Shown: one piece after another, positions 1 to 12,200 of the stretch
How the letters are laid out: every line of letters starts with the position of its first letter
Position numbering within the stretch: the first letter of the stretch is position 1
From: Somniosus microcephalus
Taxonomy: Eukaryota
Length of the DNA stretch: 64,000 bases
Assembly (NCBI GenBank): GCA_052327205.1
Contig: CM126228.1
Span: 34,348,001 to 34,412,000 of the forward strand
Direction of reading: 5' to 3'
Notes under the pieces: model-generated
Seen by the model: the letters and a program-made list of their open reading frames with translations, nothing else
Database searches by the model: none
What the model was told of the DNA's origin: nothing
Made by a program: the position numbers and the translations under genes

Positions 1-274
1 CACGGGAGAGGGGTAGGGAGCCAGAACAACCCCCTTGCATGCTACGTCCATCCTGGGCCTGCCAATTGCCGTCTTGGCCAGGCCCAGGAGCAGACCCACA
101 AAGAGGTCCTCCGACTTGCCCACACCACCCCACACCCACCTCCACACCAGGTGGCCAATGATCAGGAGCGAGGGATTAAAGTGCAACAAAAATTTGAGGA
201 GTAGCTCCCTCAAATAACTAAATTGGGGCTGTAACCTTTTGCACTCAATGTAAATGTGCAATTTCTTCCCTAGA

Positions 275-1335
275 GTCATAGAATCATAGGTCATTCGGCC
301 TCTCGTGCCTGTGCTGGCCCTTTGGTAGAGCTATCCAACTAGTCCCACTCCCCCTGCTCTTCCCCCATAGCCCTGTAAATTTTTCCCTTCAAGTATTTAT
401 CCAATTCTCTTTTGAATGTTTTTATTGAATCTGCTTTCACCACCCTTTCAGGCAGTGCATTCCAGATTATAACAACTCGCTGTGTAAAAAAATGTTTCCT
501 CATATCGCCTCTGGTTCTTTTGCCAATCACCTTAAATCTGTGTCCTCTGGTTACCAACCTTTCTGCCATTGGTTCTCCTTATTTACTCTATCATAACTGT
601 TCATGATTTTGAACACCTCTATCAAATCTCCTCTAAGGAGAATAATCCCAGCTTCTCCATTCTCTCCATGTAACTGAAGTCCCTCACCCCGGTACCATTC
701 CAGTAAATCTCTTTTGCACCCTCCCCAGTACCTTGACGTATTGTGCCCAGAATTGAACACAATACTCCAGCTGAGGCCTAACCAGTGATTTACAAAAAAA
801 TTAGTATGACTTTCTTGCTTTTGTACTCTCTGCCTCTTAATAAAGCCAAAAATCCCATATGCTTCTTTAACAGCCATCTCAACTTGTCCTGCCACCTACA
901 ACAATTTGTGTACATAAACCCCCAGGTCTCTCTATTCCTGCACCCCCCTTTAAAACTGTATCATTTAGTTCATAGTGCCTCTCCTCATTCTTCCTATCAA
1001 AATGTATCACTTCACATTTTCTACATTAAATTTCATCTGCCATGTGTCTGCCCATTTCTGCCCAGTCTGTCTATGTCCCTCCTGAAGCCTGTTATCATCC
1101 TCCTTAGCGTTTACTACATTTCTGAGTTCCATGCCATTCCCAAACTTTGAAATGATGCCCTGTATACCCAAGTCCAGGTCATTAATATATATCAAAAAGA
1201 GCAGTGGTCCCAATACCGACCCCTGGGGAACACCACTCTCTACCTCCTTCCAGTCTGAAAAACAACCATTCACCACTACTCTCTGCTTTCTGCCCCTTAG
1301 CCAATTTTATATCCACTGTCCCTTTAACCCCATGG
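275..1335 (-). mobile_element. CR1 LINE 3' fragment, degenerate
   Basis: Minus-strand peptides SGVPQGSVLGPLLFLIYINDL and TRGHRFK...FFTQRVVIIWNALP; (CTATGATT)-type tail near 275-290. Confidence 0.9.
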
Positions 1336-2184
1336 GCTCTGCTAACCTTACCTGTGTTCAGAGCTGGATTAAGAATCCTTAGAGTGCTGGGCACCAGGAA
1401 CATTTGGGACCCCTTTGCAATCCCCCTCTCAACCCCCCATCCATTAAAATACAAACTCTGCCTTTCCCTCCCTGACAGTATTTTTAAATGCTGTAATATT
1501 TGATGCAGTTTTTCTGCATCATGGTGAGTTTTACTGGGGGCCCATATTTACACAGGACATCCATGCCAAAGGACCCAATACTTGGCTGGAGCTCCTGGAC
1601 ACGGGCTCTGTAACATACGCATTAATCTACCCCTGTCAATGTGATTGTTTGGTGTCCTATCTGCTCCTTTGCCAAGCTTTGATCGGTTAACTGCAAAACA
1701 ATGTTGTTCCCCATTGACATGTCCAGAACTGTTTTTATATCATGTTTAATTCAGCCTGATTTAGCAGCCGCCTTGCATTTGCCTTCTACTTGGTACCTGT
1801 TTTATTCCAAGTTTCACTTGCCCTATTGTTCTGAATTACTGTTTTTCTCCCCTCAAGCAAGTAAAGGCAGGAATTTATCTTCGTCATTATTCCTCCCACT
1901 AGGTGCGGCACCTAGACTCCTCATCACAAAACCTTGTGTTAATTGTAAACACTCCCAGCCTATTCTCTTAGTCCATAAAGGAAATACACAAGTGGTGGAA
2001 TTATTGAGAATGCACCCTAATTATGTGCTTTTTGAATGGCTGAGAAAATATAAACGCATGTAATGATGGGGTTATTAAAATTAACAGTTGCAGTAAGTGT
2101 TACACAAGACATCTTCCGTAATAGTTGTAATCAGTGACAGATTGCGAAGGGTATACACATTTGGTTGCTTTTTTTAAGCCAGTT

Positions 2185-2477
2185 AAAGAAAGACTTGCAT
2201 TTATATAGCGCCTTTCACGACCACCGGACCTCTCAAAGCACTTTACAACCAATGAAGTACTTTTTGAAGTGTAGTCACTGTTGTAATGTGGGAATCGCGG
2301 CAGCCAATTTGCGCACAGCAAGCTCCCACAAACAGCAATGTGATAATGACCAGATAATGTTTTTTTTTATGTTGGTTGAGGGATAAATATTGGCCCCAGG
2401 ACACCGGGGACAACTCCCCTGCTCTTCTTCGAAATAGTGCCATGGGATCTTTTACGTCCACCTGAGAGAGCGGACGA
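2185..2477 (-). mobile_element. DeuSINE (SacSINE1-like) 3' half with L2-type tail
   Basis: Reverse complement carries AAAAGATCCCATGGCACTATTTCGAAGAAGAGCAGGGG...CCGGTGTCCTGG (Deu domain) and AAAGGCGCTATATAAATGCAAGTCTTTC. Confidence 0.85.
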
Positions 2478-2949
2478 TCCGAAAGAAAAAACCGGTGAAC
2501 AGACAGAGTGACGAGCCGACTACATGGGTCTTGGGTCGAATCCAGTGAGATCCCTCTACAATCAACCGGGCACATCATAGTTCATCAAATCGTTCTGTTC
2601 TGCTTTTATCCCTTGAAAGACCACTGTAACTTGCTCTTACTTCCTGAACACAGCAAGTTTGTTGCACGTGAATTCCTGCTGCTGTATCTGGCATTCGGAT
2701 AAGCTCCTGCAATTTCTTTGAAATCAAAAGTCTGGCGTCCTCCAGATTTTGTTTACTGCCGTTAAGTTAACATTTAACCCGATTTCAAATTAGATACAAG
2801 ATTATCATTCAATTTAGAACAAAAGTGGACAAAGAAAAAAATAGCTTCGCTGTTAAGGTGTCTGAAAACAAAAATGTGATGGGAAGAGTGATTACTCCCT
2901 TATAAGGTAAATGTGACAAACACTATCTCTGTGTTTACAAGATCGATAC

Positions 2950-3640
2950 AGATGAGGGAGGCCATTCCACTCATCTCAGCTAATCTAGCCAGAATTTTTT
3001 TTTAAACTCTCCCCCGATCACATTACCTACCTCCTGAATGAATCTAATGCTTTTGCCTCCGCTATCTTACCGAGAAGACCATACCAGGTTTTGATTGCTG
3101 TTTGCAATGAAACTCGTAACATCTGTCCTAAATTGTCCTATCACTAGTTATAATCTCTTCCTCCTTATTGCAGTATCTTGGCTAACCTTGAAATAGTGCG
3201 CCAGATCAACCTTGTGTATCCTTTTTAATATCTTCTGTAAGCTCCCCTCTCAGTCACCTCTTTTCAACAACCCCAGTTTCTCCAATCTTCCCTCATCACT
3301 CAATCTTTTGATGGCAGGTCGGGCATTTTCTGCTTCGACACTCACCAACCTGCAATGCTTGACCCATTCATTTAATGGGCGGAAAATCAGCGGCTGGCAA
3401 AGACACAACGGAAAATCCTGGCATAAGGACCAGCCTCCTGACTCTTCGAAGCATCGTTTCCACGGCATGAATGTTTTCCCTGTGGTGTGTTGACCAAAAC
3501 TGAAGGTGTAATCTGACCAGGGCACTGTACACTTTTAGCATGGCATCTTCTGACATATACTCAGCTACCCAGGAGTGTAATTTAACATTCTATTTGCTTT
3601 ACTTGTTGCTGCTGCACATTGATTTGACAAGTTAAATGCT
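2950..3640 (-). mobile_element. Old CR1 3' fragment interrupted by a small insertion at ~3315-3423
   Basis: Minus peptides KVYSALVRLHLQFWS and LSDEGRLEKLGLLKRGD. Confidence 0.65.
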
Positions 3641-4134
3641 GAACAAGGGTTTCTTGATTTGATAATCATGCTTGTCTAACAATTACTGGATCATTTTATA
3701 CCATAATAAAAATGACTGGGGGGATTTTACTCTGCTCAACACCTGGGCTTTGAACTTCAGTTATTTTTATTAGCTCAGAACTAATTTTGGCCTCTGTGAG
3801 ATTCTTAGAAGGTTGCAGCAAAAAATGGCCATTTAGCCCATCAAGTCTGCGCCAGTGTTTCAGCAAAATGAACCACTTAATCTAACCTCACTTGCTGCTT
3901 GCTCCTCATTCCTCACACTGCCTACCTGGCTTCAAAGAAAGAAGAAATGTCCAGGAGATCATTGTCACGATTGTTTAAATGCACCTTCAAGCAGTTTTTC
4001 CAAGGTTCTGCTTAACTTTTACAATCCGGTTGCTCACAAAATTAACTGCTTGTTCCAATGCATCCATTCATCACTTGTCTTCACTTGCCCCGAATCTAAG
4101 AACGATTCCTTAGGTATTTTATTGATTTTTTTTT

Positions 4135-5030
4135 CTTAGGATGTGGGTGATGCTGGCAAGGCCGTATTTATCACCGATACCTAGTTGTTCTGAGAAGGTG
4201 GTGGTGGCCTCTGATTGAACCGCTGCAGTCTTTCTACTGTTGACGTTCGCATGATGCCGTTAGACAAGGAGTCACAGGATTTTGACCCAATGGCTATGAA
4301 GGATCATCAGTGTGAAGTCCAAGTCAGGATGATGTATGACTCTGAGGAGACCTTGGAGGCGATAGCACTACCATCACCTTGCTGTTCTTCTCCTTCATGA
4401 CGGTAAAGGTCACAGGATGCGAGTTGTTGTTAAAATAAGTTGGGGGAGTTCCTGCAGTGCATCCTGTAGATATAGTACATACTACAACCTGGTGGTGGAG
4501 GAGGTGGATATTGAGTCCAGTGGCAGGAGCGCCAAACAAGCCGATTGTTTTGTCCTCGATGGTGTCAACCTTCTAGCGTATTGTTGCAGCTGCAGCCATC
4601 CAGGCAGGCGATGAGCTTTCCATCACACTCCTGATGTTGAGGATGAAGAGGCTTTCAGGGGTCAAGAGCCTCTGTCCTGCGCTTGTAGCCATGGTGCTGA
4701 AATGGTTGGTCCAGCTAAGTTTCTGGTCAATAATGAACTCCAAGATGTTGATGGTGGGACACTTGGCAACGTTGGTTCCGTTGAAAGTCAGGAGGAACTG
4801 TTTGGGCTTTTTTTTTTGTTTTGTTGGGGATGGTCATTGCCTGACAATTACGTGGTGCAAATGTAACCTGTTACTCGTCAGGTCCTGCTTTAGGATGGCA
4901 TGAGCTGCCTCATTATTGAAGGAGTTGTGAATGGAGCTGAACACTGTAGAGTCATCAAGGAACAACCCCACTCCTGATCTTCGAACAGAGGGAGGTTCAT
5001 TGATGAAGTAGCTGAAAATAATCACTTTAT
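4135..5030 (-). mobile_element. Degenerate 3' part of the tRNA-headed LINE family (see 25229-28326)
   Basis: Same tail (GGATGTGGGTGATGCTGGCAAGGCC...GAGAAGGTGGTGGTG...TTGAACCGCTGCAGTC); minus peptide FINEPPSVRRSGVGLFLDDSTVFSSI (decayed FADD). Confidence 0.75.
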
Positions 5031-5037
5031 ACATTAA

Positions 5038-5734
5038 GGCCTATAAATTTGGTGACGCCCCGCCAGCACGTTTGCGCCGGAAATTTAGCGCCCGCCGCCG
5101 AGCCAGTTGTGCCCGCCCCAAATTCACTTTCAGCGCCCCAAAGCGGAAGCGGGCGCTGGTACAGGGTGTGCCCGCCCCGCTTGGGGCGCTGAAAGTGAAT
5201 TTCAGCGCTGCCGGTCCCGCTGCGCCACCCGATGCGGAGCGGCAGGCTGCTGTACTGCAGGCCTCCCCCTTCTCTTAAGGGGGAGGTGCCTGCAACGGCC
5301 GGAGCCCCGTTGAAAGTGCCGGCAAAAGAGCCCGGCACAACGGCGAAGTGCCGGGCTCCACGGAAACCAGCCGACAATGCCGCGGGGGGGGGGGTGGAGG
5401 AGGCCGGGGAAGGAGGTGCGGGCAGGCGGCCGCCGAAAAAGCGGCCGGCCGCACCTCCGCTTTAAATAGCGCCTCTAAGGCTGCAGCACGGCCAGGTTTT
5501 CAAAACGTTGTTAGCGGCCGCCAGGGAAGAGGCGGCCGCTACTGAAGATGGGGATCGGCGTGGTTTCGGGCGGTACCGGGGCGCTGCGCACACCGATGAC
5601 GTCATCGGTGCCGGCGCAGCGCTACCGGCTTACGCCGATTTAAAGGCCCACCTAATTTCAGCGGCGACGCAACTTCCGGCGCAACCCACTCTTGCGCCCC
5701 TAAATGGGCGCAAACCCAAGGGAATTTCTAGGCC
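5038..5734. mobile_element. Non-autonomous PIF/Harbinger-type DNA transposon (MITE), GC-rich, 697 bp
   Basis: Terminal inverted repeats GGCCTATAAATT / AATTTCTAGGCC; TAA target duplication at 5035-5037 and 5735-5737. Confidence 0.8.
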
Positions 5735-5904
5735 TAAATCTAATTCACAAACATGTTTGTTCATTTTAAATTTTCTCTAATTGTTCAGACTCACAAATCA
5801 CTACTATTAAATCTGCAAATGGAAAACAAGAAGCCCTTTACCCACTGTGGGACATTGATTGCAATCTGATATTCGATTGACTGATTTAGCCCTTTAAGGG
5901 GGCT

Positions 5905-6056
5905 AGAGAACTCCCTCCCTAACAGCGGTGTGGGAGTACCATCAACACATAGACTGCAGCGGTTCAAGAAGGCGGCTCACCACCACCTTCTCAAGGGCAA
6001 TAAATGCTGGCCTTGCCAGCGACGCCCACATCCCAGGAATGAATTTTAAAAAAAGA
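5905..6056 (+). mobile_element. 3' tail of the tRNA-headed LINE family
   Basis: GAACTCCCTCCCTAACAGC...GGCAATAAATGCTGGCCTTGCCAGCGACGCCCACATCCC matches 28167-28306. Confidence 0.85.
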
Positions 6057-6299
6057 ATTTTAAGCTTGAGGTGATGGGGACCGGGAGCTAACGTAGATCC
6101 ACGAGGACTCGGGTGATGGGCGAATGGGATTTAGTGGAAGATAGGATAGATGCAGTGGAGTTTTGAACAAGTTGGAGTTTAAGATTGTGACTCAGACTTC
6201 CCAGGCTCAAAGTTCTTTCTATCAGCCTCAGCCAAATAGAGAAAATCGAAATGGAGAGCTGACCCTTGTCACTCACGCACAGATCCCACAAAACAAATA

Positions 6300-7500
6300 C
6301 GCAAGAGGAAGTGCATTTGGCTCCGTTTGGTTCATCCATTCAGAAAGGCCTCTCCAATGGTTTGTTCAATAACTCCAGGGTTTTCACCAGAACAGCTCTA
6401 CACGAAAGTCCATTTGTGTGAAGAAGAATTTCCAGTCCTAAATGTGCCGTTTACTATTTTGAGCCTGTGTCCCTCTTGTCCTACTTTCACATTTTGGTTT
6501 GAAGTAATTTTCCTTTATCTTTTCCATGCCATTTAATATCTTGCATACCTTTATAAGATCATCTATCAGTCATCTCCTTTCAAACCCCAAGTTTATCCAA
6601 CTTTCCTCATACCTCTGACACTAAGAAAGCAGAATGGTGGCTTTTCCCTGAACTGCCCTCTGTATTTAAGTATCTCCTTTATGTCTCAGTGCTCAGAACT
6701 GTAAATGATACTCAAAGTGTGATCTGACCAAAGCAGTACACAGTTTGAGCATGATGTCCTCTGACTTGTACCCTACTGCTTTAGCTATATCATCCAGCAT
6801 TCAATGTATTTTGTGGACTGCTGTTCTGCAGTGTTTGGACAAGTTGAGCATCAAGTCTATGACCCAGAGATCTCTTACAATGTCATCCTTAGCTATTTCA
6901 AACCCTATTCATGGAGTATGCATATTGTCCATTTTTTCTTTCTATGTGCTTTAGACTTATCAATAGTAAATAAACTTCATCTTCCATTGATTGGTCTGTC
7001 CCCTTACATATTTTGTCCATCCCATCTTGTATTTCCTGAACTTCTCAGAAGCAGCTGCTTCTCCTAGTTTGGTGTCTCTGCAAACTTGACCAATTTGTGT
7101 TGAGTTTCTGAATCCAAGTTCTTGATGTAAAGTAGAAAGAATAGTAGTCCCAACATTAATCCCTGGGGTACTCCATTTGATACTCCCCCTAACATCACTC
7201 TATGTTAACAAGTATCTCATGTTTCTGCTCTTCAGATAATCTCTTATCCTTTCCTAACGATTACCCTGAATTATCACCACCTTGAGCTTAACTAAGTGTG
7301 GAACTTTGTCAAATGCTTTTTGGAAAAGATTTTTTTTTAAGAAAAAGTGACATCCCAAGTGGACCATGTCAGGACGTTCATTGTCCACTTGGCATGTCAC
7401 TTCTAAAGTTTGGTTAGGCAGCACCTTCCCCTATGTTGACTGTTGTTTACTAGATTACTATTGTACAGATAATAATCAATTTATCTCCTGATAATCAATT
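6300..7500 (-). mobile_element. Old CR1 fragment
   Basis: Decayed CR1 RT motifs on the minus strand (ATCCCTGGGGTACTCC = GVPQG; GGAACTTTGTCAAATGCTTTTTGG = QKAFDKVP; GTGATCTGACCAAAGC = ALVRSH). Confidence 0.65.
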
Positions 7501-7547
7501 CCTTTTTTTTTACTCAGTGCTGTTTTTATTTACTTATGTTCAGGATG

Positions 7548-8181
7548 CTCAAGACCTCTCCTGGTCCCTCAATACCTCCTCTCTGGTGAAGAAGGCCCAG
7601 CAGCGCCTATATTTCCTAAGGAGACTGAAGGGATGTAACCTGTCACCCCTGATCCTCTCTAACTTTTACCGCTGCACTATAGAGAGCATCCTGACAAACT
7701 GTATCACAGTATGGTATGGCAGCTGTAGCTACTATGACCGGAAAGCCCTGCAGCGGGTAGTCAAAACTGCCCAACGCATTACCGGCACCCGGCTACCGAC
7801 CATAGAGCACATATACCAGAAACGCTGTCTACAGTGGTCACGGTCCATCATCAAAGACCCTACCCACCCCAGCCACAGTCTGTTCGCCCTCCTGCCATCT
7901 GGGAGACGCTACAGATGTATTCGCACCCGTACGACCAGATTTAGGAACAGCTTCTTTCCCAGGGCTGTCATCCTACTGAACTCCACAAATAAACTCTAAA
8001 GCCTGCACATCTGCCAATGCACTTTATTATGGTTATGTTTATGTTAATATACTACAAGCCAAATGTATGAATGTTTAAATGTCTTAATCCAAATGTACAC
8101 TCTCGGGAGCCGCAAGCCTACATTTCGTTGTACTGCACTTGTGCACTAACAATGACAAAAGTTGATTTGATTTTGATTTGA
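7548..8181 (+). mobile_element. Rex1/Babar LINE, 5'-truncated
   Basis: ORF DLSWSLNTSSLVKKAQQRLYFLRRLK...FYRCTIESILTNCITVWYG...LLPSGRRYR...RFRNSFFP; (TTGAT)n tail. Confidence 0.9.
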
Positions 8182-8660
8182 TGTGAGTGATGCTGGCAAG
8201 GCTGCATTTACTGGCCATCCCTGGTGGCTCTGAGAAGGTGGTGAAGAATAGGCGTTGCTTGATGGCTCCTTCCACCATTTTACTGATGACTGGGAGGAGG
8301 CCGATAGGGGGGTAACTGACCGGATTAAATTTATCCTGTTTTTTTTTTTAATGGCTCGGACATGCCTGGGCAACCTTCCACATTGTTGGATAGATGCCAG
8401 TGTCATACGTGTACTGGAACAGCGTGGCTAGGGTGGCAGTTAGCTCCAGTGCACAAATCTTCAGCACTACACCAAGATTAATGGGTCTGCAGTTACATGT
8501 GTCTACTTCGTTTTTAAAAATAGGCACCACATTAGCCTGTCCCCAATGCACTGGTATCTCCCCAGTGTTCATCGGCTCCCTCATAGTGACCATCAATGCC
8601 TCACAAATCTCCTCCCCAGTCTCTCGCAGATGAACAGCATCCATCCCTGGAGCTGTATTT
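8180..8660 (-). mobile_element. LINE fragments: tRNA-headed family tail/RT (8180-8470) joined to a CR1 RT fragment
   Basis: Minus peptides VLKICALELTATLATLFQYTYDTGIYPTMWKVAQ and TGEIPVHWGQANVVPIFK. Confidence 0.7.
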
Positions 8661-9200
8661 GTTTCGAGTCCTTCAGCCCCTCAATAACACACGGGAGGCT
8701 GTTGTCGCTTTCATTCTTGGTCAGAGGAGTGCAATGGGGATCTTGTGCAGGGAAGGGGGAAATGAATTCCATTGTTTTGTAATCCAAGACTTCTTAGCAC
8801 AGACCACATATGTGGAAATAGGGCTCATTAAACTCGTAATATTTGCATATAATTATGTGTTGCAAGATGCAGCAATTCCTGGAATAGCTTGAACTGACAT
8901 TTGCATTGTTGCAATGAAAGTGTTTAAATATTTAACTGGCCTTCTTGCTCTTCCTCACTGGGACTATCTGATTGCACCTCTGCTGCAGTTCAAACGCTCC
9001 TCAAAATTATTTCCAGCTTATCTGACAGCATGAATACGAGGCGCTGTGTTATCATCATCATCGCACACTTGATGACATCACATTCACTAGGCACAACATC
9101 TTGGAAGATACTTATTCAGCCAAGATTTCTTTTCAATTCTGTCAATGCCATAGAAGACTTTGCTCACCAATTAAAACAGGATATTAAGTCACCGGACTTT

Positions 9201-12200
9201 AGTGTATTAGGGATGGGTTTCTTGAGCAGTATGTAACTGAACCGACCGGGGGCAAGCAACCTTAGATTTGGTCCTGTGTAATGAGACAGGATTAATTAAA
9301 AATGTCCTAGTAAAGGATCCCCTGGGAATGAGTGACCATAACATGGTTGAATTCCATATTCAATTAGAGGGTGAGAAGGTTGGATCTCAAACAAGCGTGC
9401 TGAGCTTGAATAAAGGAGACTATGAAGGTATGAGAGCGGAATTGATTAGAGTGGACTGGGAAAATAGATTAAAGGGTAAGACGGTACATGATCAGTGGTG
9501 TACATTTAAGGAGTTATTTTACAAATTCCAAAAAAAAAATATTCTACTGAGGAAAAAAGGGTGTAAAAGAAAAGATAGCCATCCATGGCTAAGTAAAGTA
9601 ATTAAGGATAGAATCCGACTAAAAACAAGGGCATATAAGGTAGCCAAATCTACAGGGAGGATAGAAGATTGGGAAGTCTTTAAACGACAGCAAAAAATAA
9701 CTAAAAGATTGATTAAGAAAGGGAAGATAGATTATGAAAGTAAATTAGCAAAAAATATAAAAACAAATAGCAAAAGTTTCTATAGTTATATAAAAAGAAA
9801 AAGGGTGGCTAAAGTAAATGTTGGTCCCTTAGAGGATGAGACCGGGAAATTAATGGTGGGAAACATGGAGATGGCAAAAACACTGAACAGATATTTTGTA
9901 TCAGTCTTTACGGTAGAGGACACTAAGAATATCCCAACACTGGGCAAACAGGGGGCTCTAGGGGGGGAGGAGCTAAATACGATTAAAATCACTAAGGAAG
10001 TGGTACTCGGTAAAATAATGGGACTCAAGGCGGATACATCCCCTGGACCTGATGGCTTACATCCTAGGGTCTTGAGGGAAGTGGCGGTAGGGATTGTGGA
10101 TGCATTGGTAATAATTTTCAAAAACTCCCTGGACTCAGCAAAGGTCCCGGCAGATTGGAAAACTGCTAATGTAACACCCTTATTTAAAAAGGGTAGTAGG
10201 CAGAAGGCTGGAAACTATAGACCTGTTAGCCTAACATCTGTGGCTGGTAAAATTTTAGAGTCCATTATTAAGGAGACAGTAACGGGATATTTGGATAAAC
10301 ATAATTTAATAGGACAAAGTCAGCATGGTTTTATGAAGGGGAAGTCATGTTTGACAAATTTGCTTGAGTTCTTTGAGGAAGTAACATACAGGGTGGATAA
10401 AGGGGAACCAGTGGACGTAGTGTATTTAAACTTCCAAAAGGCATTTGACAAGGTGCCACACAAAAGATTATTGCTCAAGATAAAAAATCACAGGATTGGG
10501 GGTATTATTCTGGCATGGGTGGAGGATTGGCTATCTAACAGAAAGCAGAGAGTTGGGATAAATGGTTCATTCTCAGACTGGCAATCAGTAACTAGTGGTG
10601 TTCCGCAGGGGTCAGTGCTGGGTCCCCAACTCTTTACAATCTATATTAACGATTTGGAGGAGGGGACCGAGTGTAACATATCAAAGTTTGCAGATGATAC
10701 AAAGATGGGAGGGAAAGTAGTGAGTGAGGAGGACATAAAAAACCTGCAAGGGGACATAGACAGGCTAAGTAAGTGGGCAGAGATTTGGCAGATGGAATAC
10801 AATACTGGAAAGTGTGAGGTTATGCACTTTGGCAGGAAAAATCATAGAGCAAGTTATTATCTTAATGGCAAGAAACTGGAAAGTACTGTAGTACAAAGGG
10901 ATCTGGGGGTCCTGGTGCACAAAACTCAAAAAGTTAGTATGCAGGTGCAGCAAGTGATCAAGAAGGCCAATGGAATGTTGGCTTTTATTGCTAGGGGGAT
11001 AGAATATAAAAACAGGGAGGTATTGCTGCAGTTGTACAAGGTATTGGTGAGATCGCACCTGGAATACTGCATACAGTTTTGGTGTCCATACTTAAGAAAA
11101 GACATACTTGCTCTCGATTCAGTACAAAGAAGGTTCACTCGGTTAATCCCGGGGATGAGGGGGTGGACATATGAGGAGAGGTTGAGTAGATTGGGACTCT
11201 ACTCATTGGAGTTCAGAAGAATGAGAGGGAATCTTATTGAAACATATAAGATTGTGAAGGGGCTTGATCGGGTGGATGCGGTGAGGATGTTCCCAATGAT
11301 GGGTGAAACTAGAACTAGGGGGCATAATCTTAGAATAAGGGGCTGCTCTTTCAAAACTGAGATGGGGAGAAACTTCTTCACTCAGAGGGTAGTAGGTCTG
11401 TGGAATTTGCTGCCCCAGAAAGCTGTGGAAGCTACATCATTAAATAAATTTAAAACAGAAATAGACAGTTTCCTAGAAGTAAAGGGAATTAGGGGTTACG
11501 GGGAGTGGGCAGGAAATTGGACATGAGTCAATTAGAGGGTGAGAAGGTTGGATCTCAAACAAGCGTGCTAAGCTTGAATAAAGGAGACTATGAAGGTATG
11601 AGAGCGGAATTGAGTAGAGTGGATTGGGAAAATAGATTAAAGGGTAAGACGATACATGATCAGTGGTGTACATTTAAGGAGTTATTTTACAACTTCCAAA
11701 AAAATATATTCCACCGAGAAGAAAAGGGTGTAAAAGAAAAGACAGCCATCCGTGGCTAAGTAAAGAAATTAAGGATAGTATTCGGCTAAAAACAAGGGCA
11801 TATAAGGTAGCCAAATCTAGTGGGAGGATAGAGGATTGAGAAAACTTTAAAAGACAGCAAAAAATAACAAAAAGATTGATTAAGAAAGGGAAGATAGATT
11901 ATGAAAGTAAATTAGCAAAAAATATAAAAACAGATAGTAAGAGTTTTTATAGTTATATAAAAAGAAAAAGGGTGGCTAAAGTAAATGTTGGTCCCTTAGA
12001 GGATGAGACCGGGAATTTAATGGTGGGAAATATGGAGATGGCAAAAACACTGAATGAATATTTTGTATCAGTCTTTACAGTAGAGGACACTAAGAATATC
12101 CCAACACTGGACAAACAGGGGGCTATGGGGGGGGAGGAGCTAAACACGATCAAAATCACTAAGGAAGTGGTACTCGGTAAAATAATGGGACTCAAGGCGG

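Noticed and set aside
2641-2760. Possible RASEF exon 2 ending at a minus-strand GTAAG donor (2636-2640)
   Set aside because: No frame resembles the expected coiled-coil continuation and there is no convincing acceptor. I could not identify exon 2 anywhere in the window, though a divergent exon may have been missed.
5027-5780. CpG-island promoter or GC-rich coding exons
   Set aside because: Bounded by TIRs and a TAA duplication; the overlapping ORFs on both strands have no recognisable domain.
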